DNA from: Bdellovibrionales bacterium
Lineage (GTDB): Bacteria; Bdellovibrionota; Bdellovibrionia; Bdellovibrionales; JAMPXM01
Direction: 5' to 3'
Length of the DNA stretch: 57,685 nucleotides
Assembly (NCBI GenBank): GCA_043739185.1
Contig: JAYUEN010000075.1
Span: 1-57,685, forward strand
The translations under genes were made by a program, and so were the position numbers. Shown here one piece after another: positions 38,354 to 46,942 of the stretch. Below the pieces are notes generated by a model that worked only from the letters and a program-made list of their open reading frames with translations, was not told where the DNA came from and did not search any database. Positions within the stretch are counted from its first letter, which is position 1, and each line of letters begins with the position of its first letter.

Positions 38354-38493
38354 TTTCATTCCTGCTTTTTTATTCAATTAAATGCCCGTTTATAAGTATA
38401 AGGATTGGCGGGTAGCTTTCCAAATAAATACTGAAAATTATTTACTCTCGGCTAGTTTTCCGTGGGCTCAAAGCGTCACGATTTGCTCTGCGC

Positions 38494-39867
38494 TCAATTT
38501 ATAAGATAGATGCCACGAAGTAAGTAAGCCGTTTCAGTCTCCCGTATGCCCGAATTACCGCTATAATTGATTGAGTAATAGCGCGATCTTGCCATAACTT
38601 CGGCAGCAAATTTAGAACTCATTTGTATTTTAGCGCCGACATAGGGTTCGGCTGCATAACTGAAAATTTGAGCTCCACCAATTTGAGAGCCTGAGAAAAC
38701 CGGATAAAGTAGTTTTCCGCCTAGAAAGAACACAAAACGAGGTCTAGGTTCATATTGCAGCCTAGCATCCATAAAAGGCGAAATTCGCTGCGAATCTTCG
38801 TACAAAGAGGGAGTCACATGATTGAAGGCGGTAAATTGAGAGACATTTAGGCCCGCGCCCAAGAGTAAAAAGCCTTCACGAAAATTGTTTTTGTATATAT
38901 CTGTGCCAGCCTCAATTTCAAGATAACTTATGTCGGCACTTGGGCCCGCGGCCTGCCCATACATAGCATGTGCATACATTTTCTTAGTTCCAAAGGCAAA
39001 ATCAACAAAAGGAGTATAGTTGAAGTTGTAATTTCTCTTTTGCACAGTTGAAAAAGGATCCGTCGAAACACGAATATTCATCAATTGGCTACCTAAAGCA
39101 ATCCAGGACTTTTCACCTTCTCTTTGAGTCAAATTACTTTTTACCAATGCTGAATCATCGATTTTAATTTTGGCACCAGTTGAAATACTTTGGTCATCAG
39201 GTGAATTATAACTCACACTTGCTATTGAAGTTTCAGGACTTTGAATAGTGAGAATTTCAATTTTCGCAATGTCCTTTTGCTTACCATTTAAAGGGTGATC
39301 GACGCTTGTAAAATCAAAAACTTTAAAGGTCTGGCCAATCCGAACCGCTTTTCGTGAGCCCAAATTGATCATGACCTTTGAATTGCCGCCAGTTTTCATT
39401 ACATGGGCAATCATAGGAATTTGGGCGATCAAAAAAGCTACAAGTTGCTCTGCCGCAGGTTTAAGCAATACTCCATCAGGTAGTGGAATTGGAATCCGCC
39501 AACTTCCCAGTGTGTATTTCAAGTTTTTAGAACGTAACAAAAGATTGAGCTGATCGTCTTTCCACTCGCCAGTCAATACTGCGTCGGATCCGTTGATGGC
39601 GCCCTTGTCTCCGACTCTAGTTACAGCAATGCATTTGGAATCCCAGTAACTTTTCAAATTAATTTCATCTACGATATAACTACATAAATCGGGACTAATA
39701 ATTTGTTGAGTTGCTGAATTTTTAAAGTCGCCAACCATGATTCGACTAAAGACTAGCTGCGACTCTTGCTGAACCGAGCGACCCTCTTCTAAAATAATTT
39801 CTTTTGCCATTGCAAAATGGGCTTGGACAAAAAAAAGAAAACTACAACACAAGAATTTAAATTTCAT
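38494..39867 (-). CDS. Exported multidomain protein with C-terminal beta-barrel
   Basis: Signal peptide from ATG 39867, INLG....V..GQ.F.V (FlgT-C-like) middle, aromatic alternating C-terminus. Confidence 0.7.
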   Translation of the reverse strand: MKFKFLCCSFLFFVQAHFAMAKEIILEEGRSVQQESQLVFSRIMVGDFKNSATQQIISPDLCSYIVDEINLKSYWDSKCIAVTRVGDKGAINGSDAVLTGEWKDDQLNLLLRSKNLKYTLGSWRIPIPLPDGVLLKPAAEQLVAFLIAQIPMIAHVMKTGGNSKVMINLGSRKAVRIGQTFKVFDFTSVDHPLNGKQKDIAKIEILTIQSPETSIASVSYNSPDDQSISTGAKIKIDDSALVKSNLTQREGEKSWIALGSQLMNIRVSTDPFSTVQKRNYNFNYTPFVDFAFGTKKMYAHAMYGQAAGPSADISYLEIEAGTDIYKNNFREGFLLLGAGLNVSQFTAFNHVTPSLYEDSQRISPFMDARLQYEPRPRFVFFLGGKLLYPVFSGSQIGGAQIFSYAAEPYVGAKIQMSSKFAAEVMARSRYYSINYSGNSGIRETETAYLLRGIYLIN

Positions 39868-39930
39868 TTGAAGAGAATAATGAACTTTAAGTGCATTGAC
39901 AAGAATCATACGCCTCTTCACGATATAAAG
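39868..39930. promoter_or_regulatory. Overlapping divergent sigma70 promoters, both apparently leaderless
   Basis: Plus TTGACA(39896)-N17-CACGAT-N6-ATG; minus TTGTCA(39902)-N17-TATTCT-N6-ATG. Confidence 0.6.
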
Positions 39931-40692
39931 ATGCGACTTTTGAGCCTTTTATTTGTATTTTCATTATGCTTCACTTTTTTGCAATCGGCCAATGCCGCCA
40001 ACCAACTTGTTGGTATTGATGATGAGACCACAGTTTATTCAGGAGCGGGCTTCAATTACCGTCCGCTTTACATTTTAAAAGCAGAAGCCGCGATTGCGGT
40101 TTCAAAAAATCTAATTAAGAGCAAAGACGCTATCTTTTACAAAGTTTTAGTGGTTTTTCCTGATGGCAGACGCGCCATTGGATACATTGCACAGACTGCC
40201 AACGTCAGACTCAAAACAGACAAAATGGACGATGATGACTTTTCAAGTTATTCCGAATTGGGTTTGTCAAAAAATTCAATTTCAACAACTGGTTCTTATT
40301 ATCGAGGAAAAGACTATCTCATCACACTTGGCTTGCAACGCTACCGATCGCCAGGATTTTACACCAAATACTATTTAGGTGAATGGATTACTCAAAACAG
40401 TTCTGGCCATCATCTCGGTCTTGAACTTGGCAATGATGCGCTCATTTCAAAGCAAGTCTCAGGATTTGTAGCTTACGCTGGTGGTCTCTTTATCCCCGCA
40501 AAAAACGATGCCATCTTTTTAGGTAGCCGAGCAAGTGGCATCAATTACTTACTAAGAGGTGTCGTCGGACTTAAATTCAACCAAAGTGGTGGAGTTTCAT
40601 TTAGTGTTGGCGGAACTCAATCTGTAATTTTTAATCAAAATAATAGTTACGTAACTTTCGGCGCCCAAGTGAGTTTAGAGGTTGGCTTATGA
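39931..40692 (+). CDS. Exported protein: SH3-like N-domain plus small beta-barrel
   Basis: Signal peptide ANA, VYSGAG..Y...FYKV...IGYI SH3b-like pattern, beta-strand C-terminus. Confidence 0.7.
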   Translation: MRLLSLLFVFSLCFTFLQSANAANQLVGIDDETTVYSGAGFNYRPLYILKAEAAIAVSKNLIKSKDAIFYKVLVVFPDGRRAIGYIAQTANVRLKTDKMDDDDFSSYSELGLSKNSISTTGSYYRGKDYLITLGLQRYRSPGFYTKYYLGEWITQNSSGHHLGLELGNDALISKQVSGFVAYAGGLFIPAKNDAIFLGSRASGINYLLRGVVGLKFNQSGGVSFSVGGTQSVIFNQNNSYVTFGAQVSLEVGL

Positions 40693-41804
40693 AAAGACAT
40701 TTCATTCCTTATACTCTTTTTCTCATTTTTCATTCTCCTCTGGTTTTTGCTAGTAGCGAAGTCAACTCAGTCATTCGCAATTATGATGACGGTGAAACAC
40801 AAGTGGTTTCGCCTTCGATAGATGTCACCGGATCGGCCTATCATGATCAGCTCAAGATTGGCGTAGGCTGGGCCGCCGATATCGTATCAAGCGCATCGGT
40901 TGATGTTCGATCTTTTGGATCAAAAGGGCAAAGCAGTCGGATCGCGGATCGACGTACTGAATATGATGTCAATTCTGAACTCACTATCCCTGACGGAACC
41001 CTAAGTGCTGCCTATATTCAAAGTGATGAAAACGACTACCATTCAAAAATTGTTTCAGCTGGCGGCTCACGTGAATTTTTCTCTAAAAATACCGTGCTTG
41101 GATTTACGTTCAGCAACGGCCAAGACAGCATTGAACAATCGGGAGTTCCAACATTTCATCAAGGCATGAACAACCAAGGCTACTCGGTTTCTTTGACCCA
41201 AATCATGAGTCGTGTCAGCTTACTTAATTTTCTATACGATTTTCGCGTTGAAAGCGGCTACGACGCAAGTCCTTACCGCAGGGCCATTTTTTTAGACAAT
41301 GCCGGCAATGCAACTACTCAACCCGAAAATCATCCACTGACTCGCAATCGAAATGCTTTTGCGATCAAATACAATTGGTATTCTGAAAGCCTGCGCACTG
41401 CCTTTAGCACGACTGAACGTTTGTATTATGATAGTTGGGGTGTCTTTTCAAATACGCTTGAAGAAAAAATAAATCATGATTTTGGCAAACATTTCAATGC
41501 CGCTTTTGTTTTTAGAATCTATGAACAGCTGCAAGCAAGTTTTTATCACCCCTATTATGATTCTGCGAGCCCAGGCCCATTTTGGACTGGCAACAAGACT
41601 TTGGCTAGTTTTGATTCTTATCTCGTAGGCTTTCGACCAACGATTAAATTTAGCGATGATTTTTCAATTTATCTCAAGTACGAGTGGTATACCGACGTTT
41701 ACAAAAATACAGTTGATCCTGGCAATTTGACCGATGTCAAAAATGGCAAACTCATTCGCATCACAGCGAATGTTGCAGGCTTGGGTATGAGTGCGAAATT
41801 TTAG
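40689..41804 (+). CDS. DUF3570-like outer-membrane beta-barrel
   Basis: D.VSSAS, S.ENDY.S, KNT, PYR, ENHP..R.R, R.YYDSWG, R.Y.Q..A.FY, terminal F; next to TlpA and DUF4266-like genes. Confidence 0.8.
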   Translation: MKRHFIPYTLFLIFHSPLVFASSEVNSVIRNYDDGETQVVSPSIDVTGSAYHDQLKIGVGWAADIVSSASVDVRSFGSKGQSSRIADRRTEYDVNSELTIPDGTLSAAYIQSDENDYHSKIVSAGGSREFFSKNTVLGFTFSNGQDSIEQSGVPTFHQGMNNQGYSVSLTQIMSRVSLLNFLYDFRVESGYDASPYRRAIFLDNAGNATTQPENHPLTRNRNAFAIKYNWYSESLRTAFSTTERLYYDSWGVFSNTLEEKINHDFGKHFNAAFVFRIYEQLQASFYHPYYDSASPGPFWTGNKTLASFDSYLVGFRPTIKFSDDFSIYLKYEWYTDVYKNTVDPGNLTDVKNGKLIRITANVAGLGMSAKF

Positions 41805-41834
41805 ATATAGAAATTAAGGCGCAGAGCGCTTTTT

Positions 41835-42374
41835 ATGAAGGAGAAGGATTTCATGAGTTTTTTTAAGCAGCTTAATAAGCTAGGCACAATAGTCGTTATG
41901 AGTTTGGCATTAATCAGCACCGCGAATGCAAAAGTAAAAGTTGGACAGGTTTTTCCCGATTTTACTCTCAATAAACTTTCGGAACCAAGCGCTAGCCTCA
42001 AATTGAGCTCTCTCAAGGGCAAAGTTGTCATCATTGATTTTTGGGCGAGCTGGTGTGAACCCTGCAAAGTAGAGCTTCCTATTCTCAATAAGATCAATAA
42101 GAAATTTCAAGGAAAGGGACTTGAAATTATAGGGGTCAATGAAGACAAAGAGCCAACTGAAGCCAATTCTTTTCTTAAAGAGTTTCCGGTGCAGATGACT
42201 TTATTAGCGGATGGCCAAAAAGCCGATGTTTTAAAAAAGCTTGAAGTAGCAGGTTTGCCGGTCACCTATGTTTTAAATAAAAAGGGGCAAGTTTCTAAAA
42301 TTCATAAGGGCTTTAAAGATGGCGATGTTGATAAATTTGAAAAAGAAATTATTGCTCTCTTGAAGGCTAAATAA
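41835..42374 (+). CDS. TlpA/ResA-family thiol-disulfide oxidoreductase
   Basis: KGKVVIIDFWASWCEPC..ELP, GLP.TY. Confidence 0.92.
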   Translation: MKEKDFMSFFKQLNKLGTIVVMSLALISTANAKVKVGQVFPDFTLNKLSEPSASLKLSSLKGKVVIIDFWASWCEPCKVELPILNKINKKFQGKGLEIIGVNEDKEPTEANSFLKEFPVQMTLLADGQKADVLKKLEVAGLPVTYVLNKKGQVSKIHKGFKDGDVDKFEKEIIALLKAK

Positions 42375-42411
42375 AAGCCGATAAGTATTACAAAAGGAGC
42401 TTGGTATTACT

Positions 42412-42657
42412 GTGCGTAAGCTATCAAACAATAATTGGATTCAACTCATCGTGATGCTTTCGCTGTCATTTATGCTTTCATCTTGTGGATTACTAGCCAA
42501 GCGGGTTCAACCAAATGACCGCGATATATTGAGCAAATCTGGAATGGCTTTAATGGATAATGCAAAAGAAACCACCTCTATGAATCATATGTTCAATGCC
42601 CGTGAAGGTTCAGTCGGAGGCTTTGGCGGAGCAGGAGGTGGTTGTGGCTGTAACTAA
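42412..42657 (+). CDS. DUF4266-like small lipoprotein
   Basis: LSSC lipobox, VQP..R..L, H.FNAREGS.GG.G..GGGCGCN terminus. Confidence 0.85.
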   Translation: MRKLSNNNWIQLIVMLSLSFMLSSCGLLAKRVQPNDRDILSKSGMALMDNAKETTSMNHMFNAREGSVGGFGGAGGGCGCN

Positions 42658-43084
42658 AATCCTCAGCACGCCTGCGAAGATTTTGCTTTTCGCCCTGAGC
42701 ACTTTGCTTCTTCAAAACTGCACTGTCGACTTATCGAGTTCAACTCCAGGCGCACAAGCTTTTGTTTGTACTCCGAGTGCTGCCCAATTGACCTCATTTC
42801 AAACCGTGATGACAGCTGTTCTTCAACAAACAGGAAATGTTGGCGCCCAACAGGGCTGCGCAAATTGCCATATTCAAGGTGTGGGAACGCCACCCAATTC
42901 AGGAACAGGAGCCGGGTCCTTTCGTATTTTAAGCGGCAACTCAGCTGACATTATATTAGCAAATTATTGCTCTGCACTTTCTCGAAAAGATGCCCTTGCT
43001 GTTCATCCAACGCAGCCAACTCATGCACAAGTCTATGCGCCGTCGGATCTTGCACAATTATCAGCTTGGGTTGCGACACTTTAA
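42644..43084 (+). CDS. Monohaem c-type cytochrome lipoprotein
   Basis: LLQNC, CANCH; likely GTG start 42644 after AGGAGG (ORF track starts 42596). Confidence 0.75.
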   Translation: MAVTKILSTPAKILLFALSTLLLQNCTVDLSSSTPGAQAFVCTPSAAQLTSFQTVMTAVLQQTGNVGAQQGCANCHIQGVGTPPNSGTGAGSFRILSGNSADIILANYCSALSRKDALAVHPTQPTHAQVYAPSDLAQLSAWVATL

Positions 43085-43085
43085 A

Positions 43086-43120
43086 ATCCAAGGCAGCAGG
43101 CAGCCGCAGCGGTTGACAGT
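43086..43120 (+). repeat. Dispersed intergenic repeat copy
   Basis: ATCCAAGGCAGCAGGCAGCCGCAGCGGTTGACAGT. Confidence 0.85.
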
Positions 43121-43391
43121 TTCTGTTAACCGATTCAGTTCCAGTTTTCAGATTTAGGTTTACCTGACCCCGATTATCACCAGCTCAATTTAGGCTGATT
43201 TTTCTGCCCATATTTTTGACGTATCAAATCGCTACGCAATTTTTTATTTAAAAAATATTTTAAAGATCCCAAAAGATCGACGGCTTTTTGAAAATTAGAT
43301 TCAAATTACCGATCTTGTGGTGTCGAAGAACTCGACAAATTCAATTTTAAACTTTGTCCCTCATATTAATGGTTTAATTCTAATTTGAGGC

Positions 43392-43419
43392 TTTAGTCCA
43401 GTCCGAGCCAGTCCGATAA
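43392..43419 (+). promoter_or_regulatory. Putative sigma28 (FliA) promoter
   Basis: TTTAG-N15-TCCGATAA, 46 nt upstream of ATG 43466. Confidence 0.7.
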
Positions 43420-43465
43420 GCATCTATATTAGTTAATATAAATTTTTCACAAGAAGAGAATACTT

Positions 43466-44185
43466 ATGAGATCAGAAAAGCAATTCATTGGTATGTTGGC
43501 CTTGATGACTTCAACCAGCTTGATCTATCAAAACTGCGGATCGGGATTAACAGCAAATAGTAATGGCTCATCAAACTCTGCAAGTTCAGCCCACTCCGTA
43601 CCCGTCATGCCTAAAATTAGCGTTCAAATTGCGGCCGTCGAATCCAGTTTGCTTGCAGGGGCCAAAATTGATTTTAATGTGACCGGCCCCATTCCTTCAG
43701 ATGCGACTTATGCTTGGAGCAATGTGAATAATGCGAGCTCAATTTGTCCTGAAATAAGCCAGGCATCTGCTAAAACTTATACTATTGATTGCTCAGATTC
43801 AGGAAATGTAACGGTGACGGTCGCCGTAATTGAACAAGGACAGGTCATTGGTTCTGCACAGCAAAGCTTTGCCTTGGGTGCTGCGGCTCCAACTCCAACA
43901 CCGACTCCCACGCCCACTCCGACACCCAATCCAAGTGCGACGCCTACGCCTACTCCTGATCCGCAAATGGCGGTAGGTGCAGCAATTTACGCGACCAATT
44001 GTGCCAACTGCCATGGTCCTCTAGCGATGTCGACAATTCGCTACACAAGCGTTGCGCAAATAACTTTTGTTATCACCAATAATACCGGAAATATGCACAA
44101 CACAGGGGCCATGACGACGCTGATTATGCCAGATGCAACTGACGTCGCCAATTTAGCCGCCTTGGTATTTTCACTCGGACATTAA
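43466..44185 (+). CDS. Lipoprotein with beta domain, (PT)n linker and C-terminal class I-like cytochrome c
   Basis: IYQNCG, PTPTPT linker, GAAIYATNCANCHG with downstream Met candidates. Confidence 0.8.
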   Translation: MRSEKQFIGMLALMTSTSLIYQNCGSGLTANSNGSSNSASSAHSVPVMPKISVQIAAVESSLLAGAKIDFNVTGPIPSDATYAWSNVNNASSICPEISQASAKTYTIDCSDSGNVTVTVAVIEQGQVIGSAQQSFALGAAAPTPTPTPTPTPTPNPSATPTPTPDPQMAVGAAIYATNCANCHGPLAMSTIRYTSVAQITFVITNNTGNMHNTGAMTTLIMPDATDVANLAALVFSLGH

Positions 44186-44221
44186 TTTTTTGAATTGAGA
44201 TTTTGTTTGAAAGGACCTGAT

Positions 44222-45625
44222 ATGAAAACGACTAGAAGTTCACACCTTAAGGGACAAAAGCTAGTAATTTGGACTTATGTTTTTTTAGCTTTGGTTTTGA
44301 GTTTTCAAAACTGCGGCCCTAGCTTTTCATCTAATTCAACAACGGTTTCTTTGGATTCGATTCAAGGCGCAACTGTAATTACCGCTGCACTCACTAACAA
44401 TTATAGTCCCAATCAAAATCTATCTTTTAGTTTTGATAAAAGTCTTGTCGGCAATGGCCCGCTGGTATGGTCAAATCTTTTGAACTCAACCACCAGTTGC
44501 ACCGAAGTGTCCGCCGATAATGCCGATCCCTATATTGTAAATTGCACAGGTAAAGGAATTCTCGCGATCACCTTGGTGGTCAATTCAGGTACTGGTGGCG
44601 TGATCGGTCCGCTCACTTCAAATTTCGTGGTCAATGATGGCTTGCCACGTTCAAATAGTTTAGTGCCATTTGTGATTACCGCTAGTACCGGCAACTGGAA
44701 TAAAATTGGTCTCACTCCGCCACCAAATGTTCCGGGATTTTTGCAAGGAGGCGGCGGTTATATCATTCGTGAAAAGGCCAATGTCACCCCCGGTTCTTTC
44801 ACTTTTAGTTTCAATAATAATAATCGCTTTTTAAATGGTGTTATCGTTACCTGGGGATTGTCAGGCGGCTGTATCGGGTCTCCAAACGGAAATAGCATTG
44901 ACGTTTCTTGTCCGGCGCTTCCTCCTCCGGTAGCTCCCGCGGTGAATCCAACTTCAATTGACATAAATATTAGCGCTTCGTTTTCAGGAAGTGATTCCGT
45001 CGGCGGACCTTTCGCAATTCCGTCAGCCAATTGGAACGGAACTTATGTTTATGCAACAAATGTTTTGACACCAACTTTCGCTGGCTTTCCGGCACCTCCC
45101 GCCCCCCCGACCCCCGATCCTGCAAGCGCAAATTACATCGGGCCACAGGGCTTATTGCAGACCACTGTTTTATTTGTTGGACAAACCTTGCGAATTTTTA
45201 ATAAAGCCAGTGCCAGCAAACAATTTGGTTTGAACTTTAACGGTATGCCATGTGCCTCGACCGGACCGATTCCGTATACTGCAAGCGGAGATTATTCGAG
45301 GTTTGTAGATTGTGTGATTACCGCAGAGTTTGGCGATCCTGCAGTGGGTTCTCCGATCGCAAATGCCTATGATGGCAGCCAGAATTTTTACTTGATCGCA
45401 ATTGACGGTGTTAAGCTTTACAATAACAATTGTAAACTCTGTCACCTTGATTTGAGCATATCACGCAACCAAATTGGAAATGAAACTCTCGATCGGTTGA
45501 AACAAGCCATTCAAGGAAAAGCAAATTCGCAACCAATGTTGCTATTTGACAACTCTTATTCAAGTCACTTGAGCAATTTGAGTGATCCGCAAAAGCTTGC
45601 GATTATTCACGTTTTACAGAACTAG
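44222..45625 (+). CDS. Multidomain lipoprotein with C-terminal cytochrome c domain
   Basis: AAGGA RBS before ATG 44222, SFQNCG, GVKLYNNNCKLCH...PM, LS....AI. Confidence 0.78.
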   Translation: MKTTRSSHLKGQKLVIWTYVFLALVLSFQNCGPSFSSNSTTVSLDSIQGATVITAALTNNYSPNQNLSFSFDKSLVGNGPLVWSNLLNSTTSCTEVSADNADPYIVNCTGKGILAITLVVNSGTGGVIGPLTSNFVVNDGLPRSNSLVPFVITASTGNWNKIGLTPPPNVPGFLQGGGGYIIREKANVTPGSFTFSFNNNNRFLNGVIVTWGLSGGCIGSPNGNSIDVSCPALPPPVAPAVNPTSIDINISASFSGSDSVGGPFAIPSANWNGTYVYATNVLTPTFAGFPAPPAPPTPDPASANYIGPQGLLQTTVLFVGQTLRIFNKASASKQFGLNFNGMPCASTGPIPYTASGDYSRFVDCVITAEFGDPAVGSPIANAYDGSQNFYLIAIDGVKLYNNNCKLCHLDLSISRNQIGNETLDRLKQAIQGKANSQPMLLFDNSYSSHLSNLSDPQKLAIIHVLQN

Positions 45626-45699
45626 GCATTCATTTCTCGCCAATAAGCAATTCTTTCACTTTTTAAAAAGCGGCCTTAGCAAAAGGCTGCTTTTGTGTT

Positions 45700-46812
45700 A
45701 TGAATCGCTTCATGAATACATTAAGTCATTCTCTATTAAGAAGCCTCATATCAACTTTCTCTTTAACCCTGCCTGTAGGCCTTCTGGCTTTGGGTGCCTT
45801 GTCTTGTAGTGGGTCAGGCATTCCCGAGAGCTATCCGAATCCTAAGATGGTCAACGGGATCTATGCCCATGCTTTTGGAGATCCACGAAGTACCGCGGTC
45901 ATTTTTATTCATGATAGCTTTGGCGACCCAAGTATAGTGCCAAGCGACCGTGTACTGGGTGGACCAAGCTTAAATAGTATGTATTTTGAGTTTGGTGCTG
46001 CTGAAAAGCTTGCTGAGAAAAACTTTTATGTGGTCACTTATGATTTACGCGGACAAGGTCGAAGTGCCGATGCCCGAAATTTATCCGACTATAGCTATCA
46101 ACAATCTGCTGCTGACATTAAGAGTTTAATTTTGAGTTTTAATTTATCTCTTCCCATTATCATTGGGCACTCACATGGCGGTCTCATTGCACTTAAGTTT
46201 GATGAGCTCAATCCGGGCGCCTCACGTAAGATCGTTTTGGTTGATACTCCAACTGATGTTTTTCAAATGTTGGGAACGATTTCGGCTAATTGCTTAGAGC
46301 GATACAATAAGGTCGGCGAGTCGAGTAAAGTTGTCGAGATGAAAGATACCCTTGATACTCTTTCAAACGCGAATTCCCCACATCAAGATCGTTCAATGCT
46401 GGCCATCCGAATGTTTGAACGGGCCGGAACCTGCGGCGGAGGCAGCGGACTTTTTAGTACCAAAGCCCCGAGTGCCGACGCGCTTAAATTTTACAAAATG
46501 ATCAGCACATTGCAAATTCCAATTTCAAAGAGCAATCAAACATCTGCCTTGAACGGCTTTTTAGCCAACGAAGACTATATACATCTAAATGTAAATGCTT
46601 ACGTAAGTGCCCACAACGATCATATCGTAGGTTTATATGGTAGCGAAGATGGATTCTTTGATAGCAATGCGCTTTCTCAAATTAAGACATCACTGGCAGT
46701 AGATGCGCACCCCGAACGATTTGCAATGATCGATGCTGCCTCTCACAATTCTTTCATCGATCAAAGAAACAGCTTCATAGACGCTTTAAATGCGATGCTG
46801 ATCGCAAAGTAG
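45700..46812 (+). CDS. Alpha/beta-hydrolase lipoprotein
   Basis: LSC lipobox, YDLRGQGRS, GHSHGG nucleophile elbow, G.EDG, ASH. Confidence 0.85.
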   Translation: MNRFMNTLSHSLLRSLISTFSLTLPVGLLALGALSCSGSGIPESYPNPKMVNGIYAHAFGDPRSTAVIFIHDSFGDPSIVPSDRVLGGPSLNSMYFEFGAAEKLAEKNFYVVTYDLRGQGRSADARNLSDYSYQQSAADIKSLILSFNLSLPIIIGHSHGGLIALKFDELNPGASRKIVLVDTPTDVFQMLGTISANCLERYNKVGESSKVVEMKDTLDTLSNANSPHQDRSMLAIRMFERAGTCGGGSGLFSTKAPSADALKFYKMISTLQIPISKSNQTSALNGFLANEDYIHLNVNAYVSAHNDHIVGLYGSEDGFFDSNALSQIKTSLAVDAHPERFAMIDAASHNSFIDQRNSFIDALNAMLIAK

Positions 46813-46824
46813 AGCTCGCGGTGA

Positions 46825-46844
46825 GGTGAGGCGATTGCCTCACC
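46825..46844. terminator. Stem-loop after hydrolase gene
   Basis: GGTGAGGC-GATT-GCCTCACC. Confidence 0.5.
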
Positions 46845-46942
46845 AAAAATCCAAGGGCGCCAATCCTCGTAAGATTAAAGGCGACTCAAAATGAATCACT
46901 TCATAAAAGCGCAAAAAAGATTCAAAGAGAAGACCAAACGAG

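Noticed and set aside
39817..39930. Head-to-head overlap of ORFs 38494-39921 and 39817-40692
   Set aside because: Signal peptides and promoter geometry place starts at 39867 and 39931, removing the overlap
28972..43120. 35-bp repeats as a CRISPR array or as conserved small ORFs
   Set aside because: Copies are kilobases apart with no spacer periodicity or cas genes; reverse-strand translations are not frame-conserved
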